From the NCBI GenBank assembly GCA_036172245.1, contig JAYWIR010000101.1:1-64000 (forward strand): a stretch of 64,000 nucleotides of DNA, written 5' to 3'. Under the pieces are notes generated by a model. It was not told the DNA's origin. It saw nothing but the letters and a program-made list of their open reading frames with translations, and searched no databases. Position numbers and translations under genes: made by a program. The stretch is from Raillietiella orientalis. Lineage: Eukaryota. Position 1 is the first letter of the stretch, and every line of letters begins with the position of its first letter. Positions 1-11,300 of this stretch are shown here, one piece after another.

Positions 1-3000
1 GCTTGAAAGTTCGTTTCCGGGGGTCGGTTGTATTGGCGATGCGGCGCCCGCAACACCTGTGGGGTCGCGTTTTCCGTGAAGCCGGCCATTGACGCTGCCG
101 TGAAGGGCGTACGCTTCGATGACGACGGTCGGGTCGGTCAGCTGATTCTCAGCTGGTCCGACTCGATCGAATTGATCGTCACGAACGTGTACGCCTCAAG
201 CGGGAATGGGGGATACAGCGACCGTACCAGGTTGCTGGAAACCCTGAAGCGCGACTGGCTGGCCGATACGAACGTGCGGAAGGCACACCTGATAGCTGGG
301 GACTTTAATCTCCGTCTGCTGTCAGGTGAGCCCGAAGCACAAGAACGCACGGCCAACGAGTTGTGCGCTGCCATGCGCACGCGCAACTTGTTGGCGGACG
401 CGGAGGGAATGGACCGCAGCATCGACCACTTCTTCCTGGATGTCGAACTGTGCTCGCGGGTCGGCAAACGGGGAGAAGTTGCGTCGACGCTGTCGGACCA
501 TTCCAGGTTAATCGCCGAGGTATGCCCGCGCGATAAAGGACCCCCGGCCAAGGCGTGGCGGTTGCCTGGGGACTGGACGCGGCTCTCAGGAGCGAAGGAA
601 CACCTTCGCGAATTCCTGAGAGGCGTCACCCTCCGCAGTCTCAAAGATTGGGACCTTTTCAAGGCCTCGGTCCGCGAGTTCTGCGAGGAGTTCCCCCTGC
701 ACCGCCTGCCCCCCGGATTTGGGGAGGGGGTTTGGAACCATAGGGCCTATTTACAGGCCCGCCGGCACGAGAGAACCCCCAATGTCCGTCGCCTGGCCGA
801 ATATCGAGCCGGGGCCGAGCGCCAAGCCTGGCAATCCGGGTCGGCCAGCTTGCTGGACGACCAGGGCCGGGAGCGATCGGCCCCACCCGCGATCAGGCAC
901 CTCGTGCGGCAGTATTATTCCTCCCTCTACGCTAGGGTACCCCCAGAGCGGGACGCCTCGCGGCTCCTGCTTCCGGACGGAGGCCAGGCAATAGGGGAGG
1001 AGGAGAGGATCAGCCTCGACGAGCCTTTTTCTACCGGTGAAATTCTCGCCGGTATTAAAAGGCTTAAGAGGCGTAAGGCGCAAGGGGAGGACGGACTGCC
1101 TGCGGAATTTTTTCAATGCTTCGCGACAGAGCTGGCCCCCCTGGTGCTCCAGTTGACCGGGCTGATCCGAGACGAAGGCGACGTTCCTGCCTCGTTTCGG
1201 TCAGCCCGTGTGAGGCTCCTCCCGAAGGGAGGAGACCTGAGATCCCTAGGCAACTGGCGTCCGATCACAATTGTGAATACGGACGCCAAGCTGATCGCTG
1301 GACTGTGGGCTTCGCGTCTAGGACAGGTGGCAGACTCCATAATTAGCCCGGAGCAGACATACGCTGTTACCGGGCGAAGTATGGATGCCAACCTGTTCTT
1401 CGCGAGCACATGGTTCCATGTGCAGAGCTGCCTGAATGAAACTGGCGGAAAGATTGGCAACCCCACTTTGGGGCCGCCAGCTGGGCTGGGAATGGACACC
1501 CGGGCTGGGAAAGGGGCCCTAGCGATCGCGGTCGATCTCCATAAGGCGTTCGACTGCGTTGACCAGGAGCTACTGTTGGCGCTCCTGGGTCGCATGGGCT
1601 TCCCACCCTCCCTTCTCTCCTTCCTGCGCTCCTGCTGGCGCAACGCCATAATTAACATCTGCTTTTCCAGTCAACAGGTGTACGGCGTGCCGGTGCGGCG
1701 GGGCATACGGCAGGGCGATAGCCTCAGTCCCCTGCTCTTTAGCACCTACTTTGAGTTGGTGCTGAGAGCGTACAGGGTGACTTTGGCTGCCCTGCCCAGC
1801 TCGTGCCCCGGCACGCCCGCCGTAGCAGCATACGCGGACGACCTTCTGCTCATGTTGCCCATGTCCGCCCCGGCAGCCGCAGTCGAGGATTTCTTCGACC
1901 TGCTAAGTCGTGGGACTGGACTGCGTGTAAACAAGGCGAAGTCGTCGGTCGTACCGGTGGGTGCGACGTGGGTCGGACGGCCTGACTGGATCCGCTTGGG
2001 GATCATCACGGCCAGGTACCTGAAGTACCTGGGTGTCCCGTTGGAGGACTTCTGCCTCGCAGAAGCCTGGTCAGGTCGTCTCCAGAAGGTAGAGTTGGCA
2101 ATCGGACCGTTCCTGGAAGGCAAGTTCCTTCTGCCGGAACGGGCCGCGGTGTGGAGCGCCTTCGCGGCTCCCATCCTCCGCCCCCTGCTTTTTGTGTGCC
2201 CCGTCCCCCGTGACATTAAAAAGAGGACAAAAGACCTACTCCGCATCGCCCTCTGGGACAGCGGGAGGCCACGTGTGCCTCTGGATGATTTATGCACTCC
2301 TCGTCGGGACGGCGGTCTCGGCCTCCTGCCGCTGGAGCGCCTGAAAATACAGCTGCGATGGCGCACCCTCGCCATCGCAGCAAAGACATGCAGCACCCCT
2401 TGGTGCGCTCCGGCCCGAATCCTCGCCAGCCGTGTGTCCAGGACGCAAGGACTCGCGTCGTACCTTCTGTGCTCCGGCAGGAAGGTGAGAAGATGCGGCC
2501 TTCTTCTTGGGCGCATGGAAGCCCTGGTCAGAGACAACGGCTGGACGGTATGCAGCCCCGCCAACTCCTCCGCCTGGCTGGAGGAAACAGTTGCGACGTG
2601 GGCCAAGCTGAACCTCCAGACTTCCCCGGACTGGAACCGCCTGCGATTCGGCCCCAACGCCCGCTGCACACTGCGGACTACTCTGGAGTGTCCCGCCAGG
2701 AGCACGTGGGCGGAGACCACCCCTCTAGCTTCGACCCTGCCCTTCCTCCGGAGGGCTTTAACCAGCGGCCGCAAGCCAAAGTGGCAAGTCTCCTGCCGAA
2801 TCGCAGGCAAGGAGAAGAAGATGAGCGGTTGGACCATGGGAGAACTGGCGGATGCCACAACCCCGAGTGCTCTCCCTCGTGGACTCCGTAGATGGGGCGA
2901 GGTGCTCGGCATCCCGACGGATGACCTGAAGTGGCCCCCAATATTAATCGGATCCAGACTTCTCCCCCTTAAGTGGCAAGAGTCGGCGATGCTGCTGTTG

Positions 3001-3659
3001 CACTGGGGCCTAACCTGCAACGCGCGCCGCTTCCACTGAACGCGGGGAAGTGTAAGGCCTGAGTGTGCCAGGTGTGGGGACCGGGAATTGCTCCCCCACC
3101 TACTTGTTGACTGTGCTGCCCTCCGACCCCTGTGGGAACGGTTCGGGACGACCCTCGGGCTTAATACGGGCAGCGCGCCCAGAGACGTTCTTCGGCCCCT
3201 CTTCGTGCGGGACGCCTTGCAGCCCGCCGCAGCCCTCGCAGTCCTCTGCTGCATCCGGGGCATCGTGGCGGCCTGGAGCGACATTCGCGACGAAGGAGTG
3301 GATGCCAACGCAAGGGATGTCATCCCGTATACGGTCTGCTTCATGCGGAGAGCTGCGAGATGGCCCCATCTGGGAAGCATGAAGATGGACCTGGAGGGCA
3401 TCCTGCGAAGGATGGGCCCTCCTCCCAGTGGATTGTGATCCCTTCCTCTCCCTCCAAACTCTTTTTTTTTTTTTGTTTTCCTTATGTTTATTTTTCTTTT
3501 TGTTTTGATCCCTATCCCCCTCCACTGCCGAGGAGCGTCACGCCGGGCTGCGTCCCGGCGTCCCGGCAGATCCGGTGTTGTGTGGCCGTTAGTGGAACCT
3601 CGTACCACGTTTTTGCAGAGTTTTTTTCAATAAACGCCCAGGCGTACCCGGGTGACAAC
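1..3659 (+). mobile_element. El1: Tx1/L1-clade non-LTR retrotransposon (5' part outside window), ORF2 + 3' UTR
   Basis: APE motifs (NVYA, GDFN, IDH, SDH); RT motifs (GEDGLPAEFF, NWRPITIVN, KAFD, QGDSLSP, YADD, YLG); C-terminal C..C/H..C; T-rich 3' UTR; AATAAA at 3629; ends GGTGACAAC at 3659. Confidence 0.93.
28..3438 (+). pseudogene. ORF2 (APE-RT-Zn finger) of El1 with one premature stop
   Basis: ORFs 28..3039 and 3088..3438 are in frame. The TGA at 3037-3039 replaces the Trp of the HWTRG motif seen in paralogues. Confidence 0.9.
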
Positions 3660-4303
3660 CCCAAATCCCGCAGGTAGGCGATGCAGGGGGAACTGGAAGC
3701 AGAACTCCTGGACCGACCGCTTGAAGCGGTCCCAGTCCTGAAGTGTCTGCATCCTGAAGCTACGAATAAACGCGCGGAGGTGCTCCGCCGCGTCAAGAAA
3801 CTTCAGCCAGTCCCCTGGCAGACACCACGCTGACGAGGTGGGGCCCTTGTCGCGCGAACGCACTTCGAACATGATCCGACCATGGTCCGACAGCTCGGAT
3901 GGTACCTTGCCGCGCCTGCCCACCCGAGAGCATAGGTGCTGATCAAGGTACACGTGATCGATGCTGCTTTCCATGGCCGTGTCCCCGGCCAACAAGTTGC
4001 GCGTGTTCATTTCTGCGCACAACTCGTTGACGCGGTCGTTCAGTGTATCCGGCGCACCTGAAAGCAGGCGTAGGTTGAAATCACCTGCGATCAGGTGCGC
4101 TTTGCGAACTCCTGCATCGGTCAGCCAATCGCGTCTCAGGGCAAAGTAGAACTTCCTTCTTGCCTTCGCCCTCAACGCGGCGTTTCCGCTAGGAGCGTAT
4201 AGGTTGGTGACGACCAGGTCGATAGAGTCGGACCAGCTGAGAGTCAGCTGACCGACGCGACCTGCGTCAACGAACCGAACGTCCTTTATTGCGGTCTCGA
4301 TGG
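3660..4303 (-). mobile_element. X1: APE-domain fragment of a related element; host of the El1 3' end
   Basis: ORF 3627..4382(-) contains VGQLTLSWSDSIDLVVTNLYAP...GDFN...IDH...SDH...WDRFK. Confidence 0.85.
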
Positions 4304-4964
4304 CGGTGGGAAGGCAAACAAAAAGCAAGGGGCGGAGGATGGAGGCCGCTAAGGCGTTCCAAACCGCGTCCCGTTCCGGCAAGTGAAACTTTCCTTTCAG
4401 GAACGGGCCGATCGCCGTCTCGCCTTTTTGGAGGCAGCTGGACCACGCTTCCGCAGGGAACTAGTTACCCAACGGCACACCAAGGTACTTGAAGCACCTC
4501 GCCGTGGAAATCCCCAGTCCTGCTGCCCTGCCCACGCTGCACCTATTGGCACCAAAGACGACTTTGCCCTCTTAACCTGCAGTCCGGTCCCGCGGCTGAG
4601 CAGATCGGAAAAGTCACCCTGTACGCTCTTGCCGGGGTGGACATTGGCAACAAGAGCAGCAGATCGTCGGCGTACGCTGCTACGGCGAGCGTGCCGGGGC
4701 ACGAGCTCGGCAATGAAGCCAAAGTCCCCCTGTACGCTCTCAGCACCAACTCAAAGTAGGTGCTGAAGAGCAGGGGGCTGAGGCTATCTCCCTGCCTTAT
4801 GCCCCGCCACACCGGCACGCCATACACCTTGTGACCGCTGAAAGAGACGGTAATCATCGCATTCCGCCACCAAGAGCGCAGGTAGGAAATCAAAGAGGTT
4901 GGGAAGCCCAGGCGACCCAGAAGCTTCAAGAGGAGTTCCTGGTCTACACAGTCGAACGCCTTGC
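4304..4964 (-). mobile_element. X2: RT-domain fragment (KAFD to LLFVC); host of the A 5' end
   Basis: KAFDCVDQ...QGDSLSP...YADD on the minus strand; very similar to 17060-17720(+), including a shared frameshift. Confidence 0.85.
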
Positions 4965-5059
4965 GTGCTCCAGGGTGGACGTGTTTTCTCGGTGCTCCTC
5001 GTGCCAGGAAGTCTCCCCCAGTGCAAGAGTCGTGTGGTTCGGTGGTCGATCAGGCAGCG

Positions 5060-6709
5060 ATGCCTGACGCGACCACCAGGGATGGCCAGGGGGCAGCGGC
5101 AACGCCGTCCCCAGAGGCGATGGAGAGCCAGGGGGCGGCGGCAACGTCGCCCATAGAGGCGATGGAGGTGGGGGCATCCGCCCCCACAGAATCAATCCCC
5201 GCCTCAGCGCGGGCGTAAAGCGCCGTTGTGTCGGCGCCATCGCCTGCACCCGCGGCGGAATTGTCGGCCTATGTAGAAGAGGGGTACAACCCCTCATTGT
5301 TCTACAAGGTAGGCAATGTATATTCTTTAGAGAGCGCGCGCGCCTTCTCGAAAGGCATGCGCGCTCTCGATGTGAAAGAGGAGGAGCTCAGCGCTATGAC
5401 CATCCGCAGCGGGGGTCAGTACGTTGAGGTCATTTGCAATCATGCAGAGCTGGCCCAACGACTGCTTAGAACCCCCGTTGTGATGGGGACGCGCAGGCTC
5501 CTCCCCACTACGGCGGACCGCATAATGGTGGTCCACCTGTTAGGCGTAATTGCGCGAATGCGCAAAGAACAGGTTCGCGCCGCTTTGGAACAGTTCGGAA
5601 CGGTCCACGCGCAGTAAACGAAAGTAAGTCCTTTCGAGGACTACACGGGGCTGCAACACGGCCTCAGTGCTGCGCGCGTGACCGTTCGGGAGGGCTGCAC
5701 TCTTCCCCACAAACTGGTGGTCGAAGGCGAAACTGTCGACCTCTGGTATGTGGGAAAACCGAAATACTGTGGCTTCTGCAATACGTCGGGCCACCTCAAA
5801 AAGAGGTGTCCCAACGTGCAGTGCCAAGTATGCGGAACCATGGGACACACGAGAGAGGTGTGCCCTAAAGCGGCAGTGCGGGTGGTTTCCAAGAGAAACC
5901 TTAAAAAACGTGCCCGGCATCTGAAGAAAAGGCTGGCGGCGAAAGCTGCCGCGAAGGGTGTGCCACCCGCGCCCAAGGCCCAGGCCGCACCCGAGACCCC
6001 GGCGAACAATGCCGAACAAATCGAGGGAAGAAGCCAGGAGCCTGGGTGGCAGGTGGCTACGGCCAAAAAATCAAAGAAGGAGAGGAGGATGGAGAAAAAG
6101 CTCGCGTATCGCCAGAAAAAACAGCAGGCAAGCGAGCAAATTAAAGAATGCAGCGTTGTCGTCGGGCGTATTCCCGACCGCTGCGAAAAAGAACTCGCCA
6201 CAACCGACGACCACCCCTCTGTTGACTCTGTCAACAGCGAGGGGAGCGAGCCGGCGGCGGCGTCCGTCATCGACACCACCATCGATGACGTAGCCTTCGC
6301 GCGAGCCGCGGAGGAGCTGGCAGCCTCGTTGCAGCCAGAACCCTCCAAGGCTGGCAAGAAGGCCGTAAGGCGCCCGGCCTCCCCTCAGGAGTTCCCCACT
6401 TCCGACCCTGAGGTGGAGGCCGGAATTGCAGCCTCCGTTTCCACGGCACCGCGCAAGAAGGCTGGACGTAAGTCCACAAAGCCAAGGAAGCTCGTCTCCC
6501 CCGTCGAAGAAGAAGAGATGGCTTCCGCAAGCGAGGGTGCCATGAGCGTGGGAAACTCTCGGGACCCGTCGCCCGAGAGACTCCCACGCGCGGACACGGA
6601 GGGGATGGAGGGAATGGAGGCCGAACAGGTGCCTCAGGTGCCTGAGAAGGCCGAAACCCCCATGGACATCCCGCCCGCCTCGCAAGAGGCGGGCTCCCCC
6701 ACACCTTAA
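5060..6709 (+). pseudogene. ORF1 (gag-like, two CCHC knuckles) of A with two premature stops
   Basis: Contains YVGKPKYCGFCNTSGHLKKRC and CQVCGTMGHTREVC. TAA at 5216 and 5615 correspond to Trp in the intact paralogue 44894..46714(-). Confidence 0.88.
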
Positions 6710-6723
6710 TCTTCCCAGCAGTA

Positions 6724-8185
6724 ATGCCGGGAATCTCCTCCCGCCGTCGTCTGCGCATCGCCGTTTGGAACGTGAACGGCATGACAGACTCCGGCAGGAG
6801 ACGAGACATGGCCGCCCTTCTGGAGTCCTACGACCTTGCGCTGCTGCAGGAGATCCACGTGATCTCTGCAGAACAAGCGCAAGACATCGAACGGATCTCC
6901 GGAGGGCGGCTATGGTACAGGTGTGGGAGAGCGAAAAGTTGCGGTGTCGCCTACCTGCTTCGGCCAGCCGTCGAGACCGCGGCTCGGGGCGTGCGGTTAG
7001 ACGATCACGGTCGTGTCGGCCAGCTGACTCTAAGGTGGTCATACTCGATCGATCTGATCGTGACGAACGTGTACGCACCGAGCGGCGCGGACCTGATGAC
7101 CAGGAGGCCGAGGAAAGAGTTTTTCCTTGCCCTCCGGCGAGACTGGCTGACCGAAGCAGGCGTGCGGAATGCGCATCTGGTTGCAGGCGATTTCAACGTT
7201 CGCCTGAAACCAGATGGGCAGAATCGCGAGCGTGACCTGGTCAACGAGGTGTGCATGGCGGTGCACACCTGTAATTTGTTAGCCAGTGCACCAGGGATGG
7301 AAGACAGCATTGACCACGAGTTTCTTGACGAGCACCTGTGGCCTCGCGTGGGCAGGCGTGGCAAGTTACCGTGCGAGCTGTCCGACCATCGCCCACTAGT
7401 CCTCGAGATCCATCCGCGCGACAGGGGCCCCCCCTCGTCAGCGTGGCGGCTCCCAGGAAACTGGCTGAAGCTCCCGGACGCGGCGGAACATCTCCGCACG
7501 TTCATACGGAGCTTCGGGCTGCGGACACTCCAGGATTGGGACCGCTTCAAGCGGTTGGTCCAGGAGTTCTGCGACCAGTTCCCTCTGCACTGTTTACCTA
7601 CGGGTTTTGGGACCGGGGTCCGTAACGAACGAGCCTACCTGCAGGCCCGTCGTTACGCCAGGACCCCCGACATCCGCAGGCTGGCGGAATACAAAGCGGG
7701 AGCCGAGAGGCAAGCCTGGCAGTCCGGATGGGCCAGCTTGCTGGACGACCAGGGCCGGGAGCACTCGGCTCCGGCTAGAATACGGCAATTCGTGCGGCGT
7801 TATTATTCCTCCCTTTACGCCAGGGCGCCTCCGGAGCAAGATGCCTCTCGGCGCTTGCTTCCGAGCGGTGCCCCGGCAATAGGGGATGAGGAGAAGGAAA
7901 GCCTTGACGAGCCTTTTACCATTGGCGAAGTTCTTGCCGGTATCAAAAGGCTCAAGAGGCGGAAAGCACCAGGGGAGGACGGCTTGCCCGCAGAGTTCTT
8001 CCAGTGCTTCGCGGAAGAGCTGGCCCCCCTGGTGCTTCAGTTGACCAGGCTGATCCGAGACGAAGGCGATGTTCCCGCCTCGTTTCGGTCAGCCAGAGTG
8101 AGGCTCCTTCCGAAAGGGGGAGACCTCAGGGAGTTAAAGAACTGGCGTCCAATCACGATCGTGAATACGGACGCCAAGTTGATAG
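6724..8185 (+). pseudogene. ORF2 N-terminal half of A (APE + early RT)
   Basis: MPGISS...WNVNG...LQEIH...GDFN...IDH...SDH...PGEDGLPAEFF...NWRPI; cut by the B insertion. Confidence 0.9.
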
Positions 8186-8398
8186 TTGCCACCCGGTAAC
8201 GCCGGGGAGTTTATTGAAAAATTCTCCATAATTGTGGTAGAAGGCCCCACTACGGCCAAGACAACTGATCCTGCCGGGTTGCCGATACGCAGATCGGCGG
8301 GACTCACCTCGGCAGCGGAAGGGGGTGGGGGGAAAAACAAAAAGAAAAATAAAACATAAAAAAAAAAAACAAAAAGATTTTGGTGGGCGGGGAAGGGA

Positions 8399-11300
8399 TC
8401 ACGGTCCACTGCGAGGAGAATCCATCCTTTCCAGGATGCCCTCCAGGTCCGTCCGTATTCTTCCCAGATGTGGCCATCTGGTCGCAATCCGCAGGTAGCG
8501 GACTGCAAGTTCGACGGCATCCCTTTCGTGGCTCGGTCTTCCGACGTCACTCCAGCACGTCACAATCCCACGGACGCAGCAAAGTGCAGCCAGGGCAGCG
8601 GCTGGTCGCAGGGCATCCTACACGAACAGAAGCCGAAAAACGTCTCTGGGCTGGCTGCCCTCCTGGATGCGTAGGGAGGCACGAAGACGTTCCCACAGGG
8701 GCCGGAGGGCAGCACAATCAATAAGGAGGTGGGGGAGGGTTTCCCGCTCTCCGCACCTGATGCACTCGGGATTCACTCGACCCCTGGTCCAGTGGTGGCG
8801 GCGTGCGTTGCAGGTGAGGCCCCGATGCAACAGCAGAAGTGCTGACTCCTGCCACTTCAGGGGGAGGATCCTCGATCCAATCAATACTGGGGGCCACTTC
8901 AGTTCATCCGTCTGGATGTCGAGCAGCTCGCCCCATCTCAGGAGTCCACGCGGAAGGACACTTCGGGTCGTGGCGTCAACCAGCTGCCCCGTGGTCCAAC
9001 CGCTCATTTGCTTCTCTTTGCCTGCGATACGGCAGGAGACTTGCCACCTAGGCTGGCGGCTGCTGGAGAGCGCCCTCCTCAGGAAGGGCAACGCCGTTGC
9101 TGTGGGGGTTGTCTCCGCCCACGTGCTTCTCGCGGGACACTGGAGTATCTTCCGGAGAGTGCAGCTTGAATAGGCGCCGCATCGCAGGCAGTTCCACATC
9201 TCTGAGTTCTGCTCTTTGATCTTCGCCCACGTGCCAGCGGTCTCCTCCAGCCATGCGGAGGAGTTGGCGGGGCTGCATTCCATCCAGCCGTTTTCCTTTG
9301 CCAGGGTTGCCATGCGTCCCAGGAGGAGTCCGCATCTCTTGATCTTCGAGCCGCGGCACAGAAGATGAGACGCGAGACCCTCCGTTCCGGATACACGGCT
9401 AACAAGGAGTCGGGCCGGAACGCACCATGGGGTGCTCCATAATTTCGCTGCGACGGCCAGGGTGCGCCATCGCAGCTGGATTTCTACTCTCTCCACCGTC
9501 AAGAGGCCCAGACCGCCATCCCGACGTGGAGCACACAAGTCCTTCAACTGGACTCGGAGCCTCCCTCTTCCCCAAAGGGGAATCCTCAGGAGGTCCTTCG
9601 TCCTTTTTTTCATGTCTCTGGGGACGGGGCAAACAAAAAGCAGGGGGCGAAGGATGGGAGCCGCAAAGGAGTTCCACACCGCGGCCCGTTCCGGAAGCAG
9701 GAAGTTGTCATCCAAGAACGGGCCGATCGCCGTTTCCACTTTTCGGAGGCAGCCGGACCACGCATCCGAAGGGGAGTAATCCCCCAACGGCACCCCGAGG
9801 TACTTCAAGCACCTCGCCGAGGGGATCCCCAAACGGACCCAGTCCTGCTGCCCAGCCCACGTCGCACCGAATGGCACCACCGACGACTTCGCCTTGTTAA
9901 CCTGCAGTCCGGTTCCGCGGTTAAGCAGGTGGAAGAAATCCTCGACTGCCTTTGCCGGGGTGGACATCGGCAACAAGAGCAGAAGATCGTCGGCGTACGC
10001 TGCTACGGCGGGCGTGCCGGGGCACGAGCTCGGCAAGGGGGCCAACGTCACCCTATACGCTCTCAGCACCAACTCAAAGTAGGTGCTAAAGAGCAGGGGA
10101 CTGAGGCTGTCGCCCTGCCGTATGCCCCGCCGTACCGGCACGCCGTACGCCATTTGACCTCTGAAAGAGATATTGATCAGCGCGCTGCGCCAGCAAGAGC
10201 GCAGGTAGGTCAGTAGGGAGGGAGGGAAGCCCATGCGTCCCAGGAGCTCCAGCAGGAGATCCTGGTCCACGCAGCCAAACGCTTTATGCAGATCGACTGC
10301 GATCGCTAGGGCTCCCTTCCCCACCTGGGAGTCCTGTCCCTGCCCGTCTGACACCCCCAAAGCGGGGCTGCCAATCCTTCCCTCTTCCTTTTCTTCACTA
10401 CTCTGCACATGAAACCATGTGCTCGCGAAGAAGAGGTTGGCCTCCATACTTCGCCCGGGAACAGCGTAATTCTGCTCCGGGCTAATTACGGAATTGGCCA
10501 CCTGCCCCAGACGCGAAGTCCACAGTCCGGCGATCAGCTTGGCGTCCGTGTTCACAATTGTGATCGGACGCCAGTTGCTGAGTTTCCTGAGGTCTCCTCC
10601 TTTCGGAAGGAGCCTCACTCTGGCTGACCGAAACGAGGCGGGTACATCGCCTTCATCTCGGATCAGCCTTGTCAACTCAAGCACCAGGGGTGCCAACTCT
10701 GCCGCGAAGCATTGAAAAAACTCCGCAGGCAGGCCGTCCTCCCCTGGTGCTTTCCGCCTCTTGAGCCTTTTGATACCGGCGAGAACTTCGCCGGTGGTAA
10801 AAGGCTCGTCGAGGCTTTCCTTCTCCTCCTCCCCTATTGCCGGGGCACCGCTCGGAAGCAAGCGCCGAGAGGCATCTTGGTCCGGGGGCGCCCTGGAGTA
10901 AAGGGAGAAATAATAACGCCGCACGAGGTGCCGTATTCTAGCCGGAGCCGAGTGCTCCCGGCCCTGGTCGTCCAGCAAGCTGGCCGATCCGGATTGCCAG
11001 GCTTGACGTTCGACCCCGGCTCGGTACTCTGCCAGGCGACGGACATTGGGGGTCCTCTCGTACCGGCGGGCCTGTAAATAGGCCCTATGGTTCCGAGCCC
11101 TCTCCCCAAATCCGGGGGGCAGGCGGTGCAGGGGGAACTCCTCGGAGAACTCGCGGACCGAGGCCTTGAAGAGGTCCCAATCTTTGCGACTGCGGAGGGT
11201 GACGCCTCTCAGGAATTCGCGAAGGTGTTCCTTCGCACCTGAGAGGCGCGTCCAGTCCCCAGGCAATCGCCACGCCCTGGACGAGGGTCCCTTGTCGCGC

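Larger units (their letters stand above)
4965..8185 (+). mobile_element. Element A, 5' part (5' UTR, ORF1, APE and start of RT), interrupted by B
   Basis: The 5' end GTGCTCCAGGGTGGACGTG is identical to that of J. ORF2 breaks at IVNTDAKLI and resumes at 16802. Confidence 0.92.

Noticed and set aside
1746..3608. Long antisense and alternate-frame ORFs (e.g. 620 aa here, 14770..15852, 24281..25444)
   Set aside because: Shadows of GC-rich retrotransposon coding sequence with no independent motifs.
3510..3659. Hammerhead or HDV-like ribozyme in the 3' UTR
   Set aside because: No consistent CUGANGA/GAAA core or HDV fold was recognisable by eye; left as an unclassified structured RNA.
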